DNA of 64,000 nucleotides from Candidatus Planktophila sp. GTDB lineage: Bacteria > Actinomycetota > Actinomycetes > Nanopelagicales > Nanopelagicaceae. The notes under the pieces are model-generated. The model saw only the letters and a list, made by a program, of their open reading frames with translations, was not told the DNA's origin and ran no database searches. The stretch is from positions 4,925 to 68,924 of the forward strand of contig JBBAMX010000008.1 of NCBI GenBank assembly GCA_040402335.1. Direction: 5' to 3'. How positions within the stretch are numbered: the stretch's first letter is position 1; each line of letters starts with the position of its first letter. Both the position numbers and the translations under genes were made by a program. This document shows, piece by piece, positions 46,378-56,646 of this stretch.

Positions 46378-46390
46378 TTTGAGCCTTAAA

Positions 46391-48607
46391 TCATGCAGTA
46401 ATGATGCCCGAGGAGGATGCTCGGCGACGCTTGCGCCCACCAGTTTTTACCTCAGGTACTACTGGCTGGGTTGAAATCGGTGCATCTTCGGATTCATCCA
46501 TATCAGATGCTTCTTCCAACTCATGATTACTGGTAACTAATTCATCGGCAACTTCGTGTCGCGCCGATGCAATTTCCTGCATTGGCATAGCTGCCTTCAT
46601 CTTTACCGGCTCCATGTGGATATGAATTCCACGCCCACTACATGCATCACATGTCGTTGAAAAAGCCTCAATCAGACCCTGTCCAACGCGCTTTCGCGTC
46701 ATCTGGACTAAGCCGAGAGATGTTACTTCGGCAACTTGATGCTTAGTGCGATCGCGCCCAAGGGCTTCAACTAGACGGCGCAGAACCATCTCGCGGTTTG
46801 ATTCAAGAATCATGTCGATAAAGTCGATGACGACGATTCCACCTAAGTCGCGAAGACGTAGTTGCCGTGCAATCTCTTCAGCGGCCTCTAAGTTATTTTT
46901 AGTAACGGTCTCTTCGAGATTTCCACCCTTGCCGATGAACTTTCCAGTATTAACATCGACAACAATCATGGCCTCGGTACGATCAATGACTATAGATCCA
47001 CCCGATGGTAAATAAACCTTGCGATCAAATGCCTTTGCAAGCTGCTCTTCTACGCGAAAGTCAGAGAATAAATCGCCCACGCCAGTATATTTTTCAATCT
47101 TCGTGGTGAGCTCAGGAGCGATAAAGCCGAGATAGCTCGTAACCTCATCCCAGGCGTTAGCCCCCTGCACCGTTAACTTACGGAAATCCTCATTGAAAAT
47201 ATCGCGGATAACACGTACAGCTAGATCGGGCTCTTGATAGAGCGCCGCAGGTGGGTGAAAGTTTGGATTCTCACTCTTGGCATAAATATCATCCCATTGA
47301 GCTTTAAGACGTGCGACATCGCTCGTTAGATCCTCTTCACTTACGCCCTCGGCAGCGGTACGAACAATGACGCCAGCGCTCTCTGGAATAAGGTTTTTTA
47401 GAATCGCTTTTAATCTTGTTCGCTCCGACTCTGGAAGTCGCTTAGAAATACCCGACATACCACCGCCTGGAACATAGACGACATAGCGCCCTGGCAGTGA
47501 AATCTGACTGGTTAGGCGCGCGCCTTTTTGGCCGATGGGATCTTTTGTGACTTGAACGAGAACGCTCTGTCCGCTTTTTAAAACTGTTTCAATCTTACGT
47601 GGTGCAGATTCAGAGATTCCAGCGGCATCCCAGTTGACTTCACCGGCATATAAAACCGCGTTCCGGCCCTTGCCGATATCTACGAATGCGGCCTCCATGG
47701 ATGGAAGAACATTTTGTACTCGTCCTAAGTAGACGTTACCGACGTATGAAACATTGCTATTTCGGTTCACATAATGCTCAACCATGATGCCATCTTCAAT
47801 TACTGCGATCTGCGTACGATCGGCAATCTGGCGAACCAGCATCTCGCGATCTACGTTTTCCCGGCGAGCTAAGAATTCACCATCTGTAATTACGGTACCG
47901 CGTTTGCGATATGGCTCGCGATACTCACTGCGACCACCGCGTTCACTGCGATCACTGCGTGCCGTACGCGATCCACGGCGTTCACTGCGATCAGTACGTT
48001 CAGCGCGAGCAGGTCGTGCCGCTCGCTCACGAACTTCACGGAGCTTTACAACGGTTACAACGCCATCTTCAACGCTTTCACCCGGAACCACTCCATCAAC
48101 ACCTGCGACTCGACGTCGACGGCGGCGATGAGTTGAGCCTTCACTTGCATCTGCGCCATCAGAACTATCGGCGGGCTCCTGGGTCTCTAGATCACTTCCC
48201 TCTTCACCGCCCGCACCTTCCGCGCCTGGCTTTCGGCGACCCCGGCCACCCCGGCGGCGGCGGCGATTACGACTGGCCGCATCTTCGCTTCCCTCTGGCC
48301 CCGCGCCCTCCTGACGCACTTCACTACTAACTGCCTTATCGGGAGCTGCGATGGGAGCCTGAGCTACCTTTTTGCGCGATACCTTGGCTAAGGGTTTTTC
48401 AGGAGCGGCTTGAAAGATAGGACTTTGAAAGATTGGAACAGGTATAGCTGCCGGCTTTTTTCGCGGAGTTTTTTTCGTCTCATCGTTTGCCGCCGCTGGG
48501 CGAGTAACTTCAACCTTCTCCGCCGGCTTTATCTCTAATTTTACATCGGGCTTAGCCGATGTCTTTTTAACCGCACGCTTGCGCGGTGTTTTTGGCTCAA
48601 TCGCCAT
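46391..48607 (-). CDS. rne: RNase E/G family endoribonuclease with long disordered N-terminus
   Basis: S1 domain (GNVYLGRVQNVLPSMEAAFVDIG), VDVNTGK, IDFIDM, CDACSGRG. Confidence 0.96.
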   Translation of the reverse strand: MAIEPKTPRKRAVKKTSAKPDVKLEIKPAEKVEVTRPAAANDETKKTPRKKPAAIPVPIFQSPIFQAAPEKPLAKVSRKKVAQAPIAAPDKAVSSEVRQEGAGPEGSEDAASRNRRRRRGGRGRRKPGAEGAGGEEGSDLETQEPADSSDGADASEGSTHRRRRRRVAGVDGVVPGESVEDGVVTVVKLREVRERAARPARAERTDRSERRGSRTARSDRSERGGRSEYREPYRKRGTVITDGEFLARRENVDREMLVRQIADRTQIAVIEDGIMVEHYVNRNSNVSYVGNVYLGRVQNVLPSMEAAFVDIGKGRNAVLYAGEVNWDAAGISESAPRKIETVLKSGQSVLVQVTKDPIGQKGARLTSQISLPGRYVVYVPGGGMSGISKRLPESERTRLKAILKNLIPESAGVIVRTAAEGVSEEDLTSDVARLKAQWDDIYAKSENPNFHPPAALYQEPDLAVRVIRDIFNEDFRKLTVQGANAWDEVTSYLGFIAPELTTKIEKYTGVGDLFSDFRVEEQLAKAFDRKVYLPSGGSIVIDRTEAMIVVDVNTGKFIGKGGNLEETVTKNNLEAAEEIARQLRLRDLGGIVVIDFIDMILESNREMVLRRLVEALGRDRTKHQVAEVTSLGLVQMTRKRVGQGLIEAFSTTCDACSGRGIHIHMEPVKMKAAMPMQEIASARHEVADELVTSNHELEEASDMDESEDAPISTQPVVPEVKTGGRKRRRASSSGIITA
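47939..47993. repeat. 16-bp direct repeat inside rne encoding Arg/Ser-rich DRSER units
   Basis: GCGTTCACTGCGATCA at 47939-47954 and 47978-47993 (39-bp period), with further CACTGCG copies nearby. Confidence 0.7.
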
Positions 48608-48771
48608 GGCACCAAATCCTCTATGCGCTTATTAAAAAACGCTCTAATGTTAAAAAAAATCCCGTTTAGGTTTTTTCTGACCTGCCCGCGCTGGGCTTTT
48701 GCCGCGATGGATTCGCGAGCCGCGCTGAACTGTTGGTAGAAGTATGGCAGAGGAGGGCTTAATTACCTACT

Positions 48772-49932
48772 TTAACCCCGAGATCGAGCGTGAACGTTCT
48801 GTAAAAGGCCAAATCCGATCAATGTGGCAAACATGGACGATCCGCCATATGAGATAAATGGCAGGGGCAGGCCGGTCATCGGCATCAGGCCAAGCGTCAT
48901 TCCGAGGTTTTCAAATACCTGGAATGCAAACCAGGCGCTAATTCCTGTGGCCATGAGGCGCCCAAATGGATCGTTCGTACGTCGAGCTATCGATAACGCC
49001 CGCATCACTATTAGGAGGTAGAGAAAGATAATAAGTCCGCTTCCTAAAAATCCAAGCTCTTCACCGGCAACGGTAAAGATAAAGTCGGTCTGCTGCTCTG
49101 GAACAAATCGTCCATTTGTCTGAGGCCCTTTAAATAAACCGGTGCCTATTAGCCCCCCTGAGCCCACGGTGATGCGGGCCTGTCGAAGTTGATATCCGGC
49201 GCCTTGAGAATCGGCAGTTGGATCGACAAATGTCTGTAACCGCTTAATTTGATAGCCCTTTAAGACGCCTGACTTTGTTGCGACAACTCCACCCAGTACG
49301 GCGAGAATTAAAAGCGCGGCTACCCAACGAGAAGAGGCGCCCGAGACTGCAATTATCGTTACAACCGCGGCGCTAATCACAAAGACGGTTCCCATATCGG
49401 GCTGCGCAATAATAAGCATTACCGGAATCGCCGCAATGACAAGTGCCTGCATGACATCTCGCGAAGTTGGTTCATCGCTGTCATGGCTCCGCTCGGCTAA
49501 GAGCATCGACATCCCAATAATAATTCCGATCTTTGCTAACTCTCCTGGTTGAACTTGAAAACCACCAGGAAGTGCGATCCATGCTTGGGCGCCATTGATC
49601 GTACTTCCGACGCCAGGAATTAAAACCGCGACCAACCCCAAGGTTCCGAGCCCCCAGAAGATCGGCGTATATGCGCGCAGTAATCGATAGTCGATCACAG
49701 TTGTCCCGTATGCCATTGCCAGGCCGATCGCGATATTAATAATATGCCGCTTCAAGTAATACTGTGGATCTAAACCGGCATGCGCATACCAGTCACGAGT
49801 TGCGGCATAGACAAGAAGAGTTCCCATCACAAGTAAAACTGCGACCGCACCGGTGAGTACCGGATCAAATCGACCAAGAATAGAGGGTCGGTTGCGATGC
49901 TTAAATCTTGGACGCAGAGAGCTCTGACTCAT
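48772..49932 (-). CDS. rodA: Rod shape-determining SEDS protein
   Basis: QPGELAK, QPDMGT, PEQQTDFIF, GLPLPFISYGGSS. Confidence 0.95.
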   Translation of the reverse strand: MSQSSLRPRFKHRNRPSILGRFDPVLTGAVAVLLVMGTLLVYAATRDWYAHAGLDPQYYLKRHIINIAIGLAMAYGTTVIDYRLLRAYTPIFWGLGTLGLVAVLIPGVGSTINGAQAWIALPGGFQVQPGELAKIGIIIGMSMLLAERSHDSDEPTSRDVMQALVIAAIPVMLIIAQPDMGTVFVISAAVVTIIAVSGASSRWVAALLILAVLGGVVATKSGVLKGYQIKRLQTFVDPTADSQGAGYQLRQARITVGSGGLIGTGLFKGPQTNGRFVPEQQTDFIFTVAGEELGFLGSGLIIFLYLLIVMRALSIARRTNDPFGRLMATGISAWFAFQVFENLGMTLGLMPMTGLPLPFISYGGSSMFATLIGFGLLQNVHARSRG

Positions 49933-52019
49933 GGCGCAACAATAGGCTTAGTGGCAGGAGAAATCTTGGGCAGGATGGTCGGAGGCTTTCCATCAGGAAA
50001 TATCGCCGCCCCCGGAATGATCGTATTTCCCCGCACACCAAAAAGGGTTTCATAGATGTTTCGAACACCCACCCCGGACGTAGTGGCACCAAATCCACCT
50101 TGGCTCACCATCATGACAACGGCATACCGTGGTTTATTACTAGGTGCATATGAGGCAAACCATGAAGTGTTGTCTTTTTTGCTGCCGTTGAGATTTCGCC
50201 CGAATACTTCGGCGGTACCAGTCTTACCACTGACCGGAATCGGAAAACCGGCAAAGGCTCCTGCGGCCGTTCCAGTGAGAACGACCTCACGTAGCGCATC
50301 ATGTAAGAAATTTAATGTCGAAGGTGCCGCACTTAACTTGCCAAGTTGAATTGGGCTCATGGTTTTTACGACCTTGCCGTTAGTTTTAACAACTGCCTTA
50401 CCGATCATCATCTGCCAAATCGTTCCACCGTTACCGATAGCTGCATACATCTGCGCCAATTTTAGCGGGGTCACAACGGTATCGCCCTGACCGATTGAAA
50501 AGTTAACGGCATCACCTGCACGAATCTTGTCACCATCAAGACAGTTTTCTTTTGCAAGTAAGATTAAAAATGCACTCTGTTGCTCTTTACTAGCCCGATC
50601 CTTGTAGTTACAGTAAAAATCTTTATTCTGTTGATACCAACTTTTTTTATAACTTCGATCAGCCAATCGGGATGAGGATTCGGAGGGTAGGTCGATACCT
50701 ACTTTCTGGGTGATGTTAAAGCTTTGAGCCGCCTTAAAGAAGTAATCACTGGGATTATCCTTTGGTCTCAGACCGCCATCTCGCAACCATTGATCGAAAG
50801 CGATTCGATACCAGATTGTGTCGCATGAAACTGCGATCGCCTTTTTCAAACTCATCGTCCCTTGTGATTTACTCTCAAAGTTCTGGAAAGCTCGATCGCC
50901 GACTTGTACTTCGGCAGGACAGTTATAAGAAGCATTCAAGTTATAGCCAGCCGAAGCCGCGGCGATCACTGAAACGGATTTAAAGGTCGATGCCGGTGCA
51001 TATAAACCCTGTAACGGACGCGAAAGCGCTGGAACTGATTTTTTCTCACTAAATAGATCCGATGCTTGCTGCACGGTCAATCCCTTTTCAAAGATATTAG
51101 GGTCATAAGTCGGATAGGAAGCGAGAGCTAAAATCTGCCCATTAGTAACATCCATAACAACGGCCGCCCCAGAATCAGATGCATATCCGCTGCTGCGCCC
51201 GCGCATAACGGCATCGGCCAGAGCGGTTTCTACACCGGCCTGTAATCTAATATCAAGGGAAGTGACTAAATGATCACCGGCAAGTGGTGCGCTGATATGG
51301 CTCTGGGCCGTTATCGCCTCCTTGCGATCAACGATTAAAGTTCGAATACCGGGAACTCCACGAAGATAGGAGTCATACATAATCTCTAACCCAGATTTAC
51401 CGATTGTTTCACTTCGAAAATACTTCCTACCACTGCTCTTTGCCATGTCGCTTTCGGTGAGCGGTCCAATGTAACCGAGCAGGTGCGCTGCGTTCACGCC
51501 CAATATCCCAGGGTAGTTTCGAATCGCAATCGGCCCCGCACCTATTCCAGGGAACTGATCAGAGCCTTCAGCGATCTGTAGTGCGAGATCGGGGTTAGCC
51601 GCTTTAGTGATTGGAATTGGTTGATATCGAGAGCCAGTCCAGCAACCTGTTTTATCACCTGTGGGAAGCTCGCCACACAATCGTGTTTTTCGATAAAGAT
51701 CACTGTATTTTATTTTAAGGAGTCGACTTAATTTCTGCATGACCGCAACCCCCTTGTCGGGCTGCTTATCGATAGCGATTCGATCAAGGGTTATCGCAAG
51801 TCCCACTTTATTAAGGGCTAATGGCACACCAGATGAGTCGACTATTAATCCACGAATAGCCGGCGTGATGACATCACGGCTCTGAATACTTAACGCTGCA
51901 TCGCGATACTTTGGTCCCGCCGCGACCTGTAAGTAAAATAGGCGTCCAAAAAGCGCGGTCATGAGTGAGAAGATAAGAATCTGGACCACAAATAAATTGA
52001 GTCGGGAACGTTGATTCAT
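49929..52019 (-). CDS. mrdA: Penicillin-binding protein 2
   Basis: SxxK (ASTFK), SCD, KTGTAE. Located between mreD and rodA. Confidence 0.93.
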   Translation of the reverse strand: MNQRSRLNLFVVQILIFSLMTALFGRLFYLQVAAGPKYRDAALSIQSRDVITPAIRGLIVDSSGVPLALNKVGLAITLDRIAIDKQPDKGVAVMQKLSRLLKIKYSDLYRKTRLCGELPTGDKTGCWTGSRYQPIPITKAANPDLALQIAEGSDQFPGIGAGPIAIRNYPGILGVNAAHLLGYIGPLTESDMAKSSGRKYFRSETIGKSGLEIMYDSYLRGVPGIRTLIVDRKEAITAQSHISAPLAGDHLVTSLDIRLQAGVETALADAVMRGRSSGYASDSGAAVVMDVTNGQILALASYPTYDPNIFEKGLTVQQASDLFSEKKSVPALSRPLQGLYAPASTFKSVSVIAAASAGYNLNASYNCPAEVQVGDRAFQNFESKSQGTMSLKKAIAVSCDTIWYRIAFDQWLRDGGLRPKDNPSDYFFKAAQSFNITQKVGIDLPSESSSRLADRSYKKSWYQQNKDFYCNYKDRASKEQQSAFLILLAKENCLDGDKIRAGDAVNFSIGQGDTVVTPLKLAQMYAAIGNGGTIWQMMIGKAVVKTNGKVVKTMSPIQLGKLSAAPSTLNFLHDALREVVLTGTAAGAFAGFPIPVSGKTGTAEVFGRNLNGSKKDNTSWFASYAPSNKPRYAVVMMVSQGGFGATTSGVGVRNIYETLFGVRGNTIIPGAAIFPDGKPPTILPKISPATKPIVAP

Positions 52020-52531
52020 ATCGCCGACCGTGAATCAAAGATTAATGAATGTAGATGAGTAAAGATAGGCAGGACTATCGGAGTGATAACAAGATTCCAG
52101 ATAGAAATTCCAATGGTGGTCAGAATTACCTGTCCAAAACCCCCGCTGGCAACGCCTAACAAGGCTCCAGTCAGAACGTATGCCAGTTCAGTAAAGAAAA
52201 GCGCACTACCGACAAAGAGCGTAAAACCCAGTGGGTTTTCCATCACGCTGGCGTTCCCCGCTCCAAAGTATGCAACTGAATAACATGTTGCAATCATTAA
52301 AAGCGTCCACTGGCCAATGGGCCCATTTGAACTAGCTGAAAGATCCATCATTAACCCAGCAATAAAGCCAATGAATGCCGCAATCTCTGGTGGACTTAAT
52401 ATCGCCCAAACAACGGTAAATATGAGAAAAATTGAGAATCCACCACCCGGAAGTCGGAATTGATTTACGACAGCCTCCTGGACGATATAAATCAGGAGGA
52501 AAATCGGAAGAGCGATAAATATTCGGCGCAT
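52016..52531 (-). CDS. mreD: Rod shape-determining protein MreD
   Basis: Hydrophobic protein with GFIAGLMMDL, positioned after mreC. Confidence 0.85.
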   Translation of the reverse strand: MRRIFIALPIFLLIYIVQEAVVNQFRLPGGGFSIFLIFTVVWAILSPPEIAAFIGFIAGLMMDLSASSNGPIGQWTLLMIATCYSVAYFGAGNASVMENPLGFTLFVGSALFFTELAYVLTGALLGVASGGFGQVILTTIGISIWNLVITPIVLPIFTHLHSLIFDSRSAI

Positions 52532-52544
52532 GGTGAGTGAAATA

Positions 52545-53468
52545 TTATTTCGTTGGGCTGGGTGAGGGGGTCACAAAAACTGTGATCGTTGGCAGTGGAG
52601 TTGGTTGTGGCTTTGTAGGTACCAGAGCATCTCCAGGGTTAACACCTGGCGAGGCCAGCACAACTGCAACAACGCCTAGGGTAGAAAAACTTGTATAGAG
52701 ATGCACGGTTGCACTCTGGGCAATTGCCCCGGCCGAGTTATCAACTGCAGTTACATAGCCCACTGGAACGCCAGGAACAAATGGACGATTTGCAACACTG
52801 CCGCGAGAGAGCAGAACATCACCGATCTTCACATTTGTTAAGTTATCAATTAACTCAAGGCCGGCCGAAGTATTACCTCGCCCTGAGAGAATTCCGATCT
52901 GTTGGCTCCCGGCTACACGTACTCCGATTTTAAATGAAGGATCGGTCGCAAGCGTTATTAATGCGGTGTTGAAATAAACATCCTTTACTACACCGGCTAA
53001 GCCAAACTCAGAGAGTACGGTCATGTTCTTTTTAATTCCTGCGTTCGTGCCAGCGTCGATAGTGATGCTCTGGGCGAACGACTGACTCGAACCTTGACTA
53101 ATGACTCGGGCATTAAGAACTTTAAATCCAGCGGTGCCTGCTAAATTCAAAATATTTTTTAACTGGGTTAGCTCGGCATCGGCGTTTTTACGGTTTAATA
53201 ACTGAGAAGTTAACTTTGCATTATCTAAACGCAGGCTTTCAATCTGATTGTGGGTGCGACCCAAGTGCGTGATATCTGAGAAAAAACTTTTCACTGGTGA
53301 AAAAACAAAGGCTCCGGCGCGCTGAAACGGCGAGAGAATAGTTTGCACACCGGCTCTTGCGCCATTGAGCACTCCAACGCCACGTAAATCGAGAGTAATT
53401 AAAAACAGCGCCGTAACAATAAGCGTGATCAAGAGCAGACGACTGCGACCTCCACCGCTGGTACGCAT
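52545..53468 (-). CDS. mreC: Rod shape-determining protein MreC
   Basis: N-terminal TM, coiled coil, IDAGT, FVPGVPVG. Confidence 0.92.
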   Translation of the reverse strand: MRTSGGGRSRLLLITLIVTALFLITLDLRGVGVLNGARAGVQTILSPFQRAGAFVFSPVKSFFSDITHLGRTHNQIESLRLDNAKLTSQLLNRKNADAELTQLKNILNLAGTAGFKVLNARVISQGSSQSFAQSITIDAGTNAGIKKNMTVLSEFGLAGVVKDVYFNTALITLATDPSFKIGVRVAGSQQIGILSGRGNTSAGLELIDNLTNVKIGDVLLSRGSVANRPFVPGVPVGYVTAVDNSAGAIAQSATVHLYTSFSTLGVVAVVLASPGVNPGDALVPTKPQPTPLPTITVFVTPSPSPTK

Positions 53469-53481
53469 CGCTTAAGTGGGC

Positions 53482-54519
53482 CTATCGACGGGGTTCGGAG
53501 ATTAAGACCTTCTCTAAGGCTTCAAACTCTTCGATACATTTTCCGGAGCCTTCAACAACTGCATCCAATGGACGATCGGCCACGTGAATGGGCATACCCG
53601 TCTCTTTGCGCAAGCGCTCATCGAGGCCCTTAAGCAGAGCGCCGCCGCCGGTTAAAACGATTCCGCGGTCCATAAGATCTGACGCCAGCTCTGGCGGGGT
53701 CTTATCTAGCGTGGATTTAACGGCGTTGACTATGGCATTGACCGGCTCTTCAATCGCCTTACGGATCTCTGCCGCCGATACAACGATGGTCTTAGGAAGA
53801 CCGGTAGTCAGGTCACGCCCACGGATTTCAGCGTCGTTTTCACCAGGGGTTGGATAGGCCGATCCGATAGCCATTTTAATCTCCTCGGCCGTGCGCTCTC
53901 CCAAAAGTAGTGAGAACTCGCGTTTAACCCAGTTGATGATCGATTGATCTAACTCATCACCGCCGATGCGGATTGAAAGTGAGCAGACAATTCCGCCGAG
54001 TGAGATAACTGCAACCTCGGTTGTTCCGCCACCAATATCAACGACCATATTTCCAGTCGGTTCGTGAATTGGAAGTCCGGCGCCAATTGCAGCTGCCATC
54101 GGCTCTTCAATAATATAAACCTTACGTGCACCTGCAGCGTATGCCGCATCCTTAACCGCGCGCTGCTCAACACCGGTAATACCCGATGGAACACAGACGA
54201 CAATTCGCGGCTTGGCTAAATAGCGACGGCGGTGAACTTTTTGAATAAAGTAACGCAACATACGCTCGGTAGTTTCAAAGTCTGCAATAACACCATCTTT
54301 TAGTGGACGGATTGCAACGATATTTCCAGGAGTACGGCCGATCATCTTTTTCGCCTCGAGGCCAACGGCTAAAATTCCACCAGTATCTTGGTTGACTGCA
54401 ACTACTGAGGGCTCATTTAAAACAATGCCACGGCCACGCACATAAACCAGGGTATTTGCCGTACCTAAATCCACGGCCATGTCTCGACCAATAAATGACA
54501 TCCTGTTTTGCGAACTCAT
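53482..54519 (-). CDS. mreB: Actin-like MreB
   Basis: [23 protein letters not shown]. Start reassigned to ATG 54519 (SD AAGGAG). Confidence 0.97.
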   Translation of the reverse strand: MSSQNRMSFIGRDMAVDLGTANTLVYVRGRGIVLNEPSVVAVNQDTGGILAVGLEAKKMIGRTPGNIVAIRPLKDGVIADFETTERMLRYFIQKVHRRRYLAKPRIVVCVPSGITGVEQRAVKDAAYAAGARKVYIIEEPMAAAIGAGLPIHEPTGNMVVDIGGGTTEVAVISLGGIVCSLSIRIGGDELDQSIINWVKREFSLLLGERTAEEIKMAIGSAYPTPGENDAEIRGRDLTTGLPKTIVVSAAEIRKAIEEPVNAIVNAVKSTLDKTPPELASDLMDRGIVLTGGGALLKGLDERLRKETGMPIHVADRPLDAVVEGSGKCIEEFEALEKVLISEPRR

Positions 54520-54535
54520 AGTTTTTACTCCTTGA

Positions 54536-54955
54536 TTAATTAGGGAAAAAGATTTCAATCTCACGTGCCGCAGACTCCGGTGAATCCGAACCATGCACAA
54601 TATTTTGGAGAACTTTGCTCCCTTGATCACGGGCTAAGTCACCGCGAATCGTGCCAGGGGCTGCAAGGGTCGGATCGGTTACTCCCGCTAATGCGCGAAA
54701 TCCCTCGATAACTCGATTACCCGATGCAACGATGGCCACAATTGGGCCAGACATCATGAACTCAACGAGAGGCTCATAAAATGGCTTCTCGAGATGTTCG
54801 GCGTAGTGTTGTTCGAGTATGGCACGGTCGGCCATCAACATGCGAAGCGCATCAATCGCATAACCCTTAGTTTCAATCCTTGAAATTACCTCTCCCACTA
54901 AGCCCCGTCGTACGCCATCGGGCTTTACCAGAATGAGAGTTTTATCGATATTCAC
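54536..54955 (-). CDS. ndk: Nucleoside diphosphate kinase
   Basis: [24 protein letters not shown]. Confidence 0.97.
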   Translation of the reverse strand: MNIDKTLILVKPDGVRRGLVGEVISRIETKGYAIDALRMLMADRAILEQHYAEHLEKPFYEPLVEFMMSGPIVAIVASGNRVIEGFRALAGVTDPTLAAPGTIRGDLARDQGSKVLQNIVHGSDSPESAAREIEIFFPN

Positions 54956-54967
54956 TCCCGTAGTGTA

Positions 54968-55303
54968 TTAGTCCTTCTTGGCGGCCTGTGCCAGCAGGGC
55001 GGCGCGAGCGGCCTCACCCTTTCGCCCCACGAAAATCGCCGCCACCCAGAGGGCTCCGAAAATCGCCCCAATAACGTAGAAGGAGGGGATAAAGACCCCG
55101 AAGGCTAAGGTGAAAATCTGCAAAATCGAGCCTATATAAAAACCTGAACGTCGCTTGAGAAGACCGGCAGTTAAGAATAAAAGTAAGCAAAGGATCGAGC
55201 CATAGATAATCCCGGCCGTTGAGTGCGCCTTGATCGCAAGCAGAATCGCAAAACTTAAGCTCAGGGACTCCATAACAAGTACCGATGCACCTAAAACTCT
55301 CAT
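54968..55303 (-). CDS. DUF4233 membrane protein
   Basis: Small hydrophobic ORF at the conserved actinobacterial folC-ndk position. Confidence 0.75.
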   Translation of the reverse strand: MRVLGASVLVMESLSLSFAILLAIKAHSTAGIIYGSILCLLLFLTAGLLKRRSGFYIGSILQIFTLAFGVFIPSFYVIGAIFGALWVAAIFVGRKGEAARAALLAQAAKKD

Positions 55304-56646
55304 TGCGCAAACTTCTTTCTTATATAGCTTCGAGCTTGGCCAACGGTTACCACTGAGCCAGTGACTAAGACTCCGATTGTATCTTCACTCAATGGTCGAA
55401 CCGCATCTGAAAGTGCACGATCAAGAGCGGATTGTAGATCGGTAACTTCAAAGACCCGATCGGTTCCGAATATTTTCGATGCAATCTTTTCAAGCTCACT
55501 TGATGCCATCGCCCGATCTGATGAACTCTGGGTCACGATGACGTGATCAACTATCGGCTCAAGCTCTTGCAAAATTCCGGCGGCATCTTTATCGGCAAAG
55601 ACACCAACAACGGCGATAATCTCATCGAAATTAAACTCGTTCGCCAACGTATCGGCTAGCGCCTTTGCGCCATGAGGATTATGTGCGGCATCTAGAATTA
55701 TTGTTGGATCACGGTGTACGACTTCACATCGCCCGGGTGACGTGACGGCGGCAAAGCCTGCACGTACCGCCTCAATATCCAACTGCTGATCACCAAAGAA
55801 GGCCTCAACAGCTACCAGGGCACTTGCCGCATTGGATGCCTGGTGTTTGCCATGTAAGGGGAGAAAAATATCTTCATAAGTATCGTTGATGCCCTTAATG
55901 CTTATTAACTGACCACCTACAGCAACGGCACGGGAGATAATTGAGTATTCGACTCCTTCGCGAACCACATCGGCGCCGACCTCTGCCGCCTTTCGAATCA
56001 ACTCTTTAGCCGCCTCCGGCTCTTGTTGAGCCAAGACTATAAAACCACCGGCTTTAATTATTCCAGCCTTTGTTGCGGCGATCTCATGAAGAGTGTGACC
56101 TAGGTACTCCATATGGTCAAAGCCGATTGGCATAAGAACTGAGACTTCGGCTTCAACAACGTTGGTTGCATCCCACTCTCCGCCCATTCCAACTTCTATC
56201 ACTGCAACATCTACTGGATGCTCGGCAAATGCGACAAAACCCAGGGCGGTAATCGCCTCAAAGAAAGAGATTGGATCGGGAAACTTTTCATCCATTAACG
56301 TTAAGTAAGCGGCGATATCGTTATAGGCAAATATTAAATCCTTGGGGTCAATAGGCTGCGAGTTAATTGCAATTCGCTCACGAAAAGTTTCAAGATGGGG
56401 GCTAGTAAAGCGGCCAGTACGAAGACCGTGAGCCAGTAAAACCGCATCTATCATGCGGGAAGTACTGGTCTTTCCATTAGTGCCACCCACATGGATAGTG
56501 GGATACGTGAGTTGAGGTGATCCGAGAATATCTACCAGGGCGGCAATTCGCTGCGTCGACGGGGCGATTCGTGTCTCTGGCCACCTAGCAAGAAGTGCTT
56601 GCTCAATTGCATCGAGCCGCTCCTGATCATCGGGGGAGATAATCAC
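55300..56646 (-). CDS. folC: Folylpolyglutamate synthase/dihydrofolate synthase
   Basis: GTNGKTS, TSPHL, EVGMGG, DAAHNPHG, TGSVVTVG. Confidence 0.96.
   Translation of the reverse strand: MIISPDDQERLDAIEQALLARWPETRIAPSTQRIAALVDILGSPQLTYPTIHVGGTNGKTSTSRMIDAVLLAHGLRTGRFTSPHLETFRERIAINSQPIDPKDLIFAYNDIAAYLTLMDEKFPDPISFFEAITALGFVAFAEHPVDVAVIEVGMGGEWDATNVVEAEVSVLMPIGFDHMEYLGHTLHEIAATKAGIIKAGGFIVLAQQEPEAAKELIRKAAEVGADVVREGVEYSIISRAVAVGGQLISIKGINDTYEDIFLPLHGKHQASNAASALVAVEAFFGDQQLDIEAVRAGFAAVTSPGRCEVVHRDPTIILDAAHNPHGAKALADTLANEFNFDEIIAVVGVFADKDAAGILQELEPIVDHVIVTQSSSDRAMASSELEKIASKIFGTDRVFEVTDLQSALDRALSDAVRPLSEDTIGVLVTGSVVTVGQARSYIRKKFAQ

Noticed and set aside
47900-48000. CRISPR-like repeat array
   Set aside because: Only two 16-bp copies, in-frame within rne, and no cas genes.
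54520-54630. N-terminal extension of MreB overlapping ndk
   Set aside because: SD AAGGAG precedes ATG 54519, and the extension overlaps ndk on the same strand with no MreB similarity.
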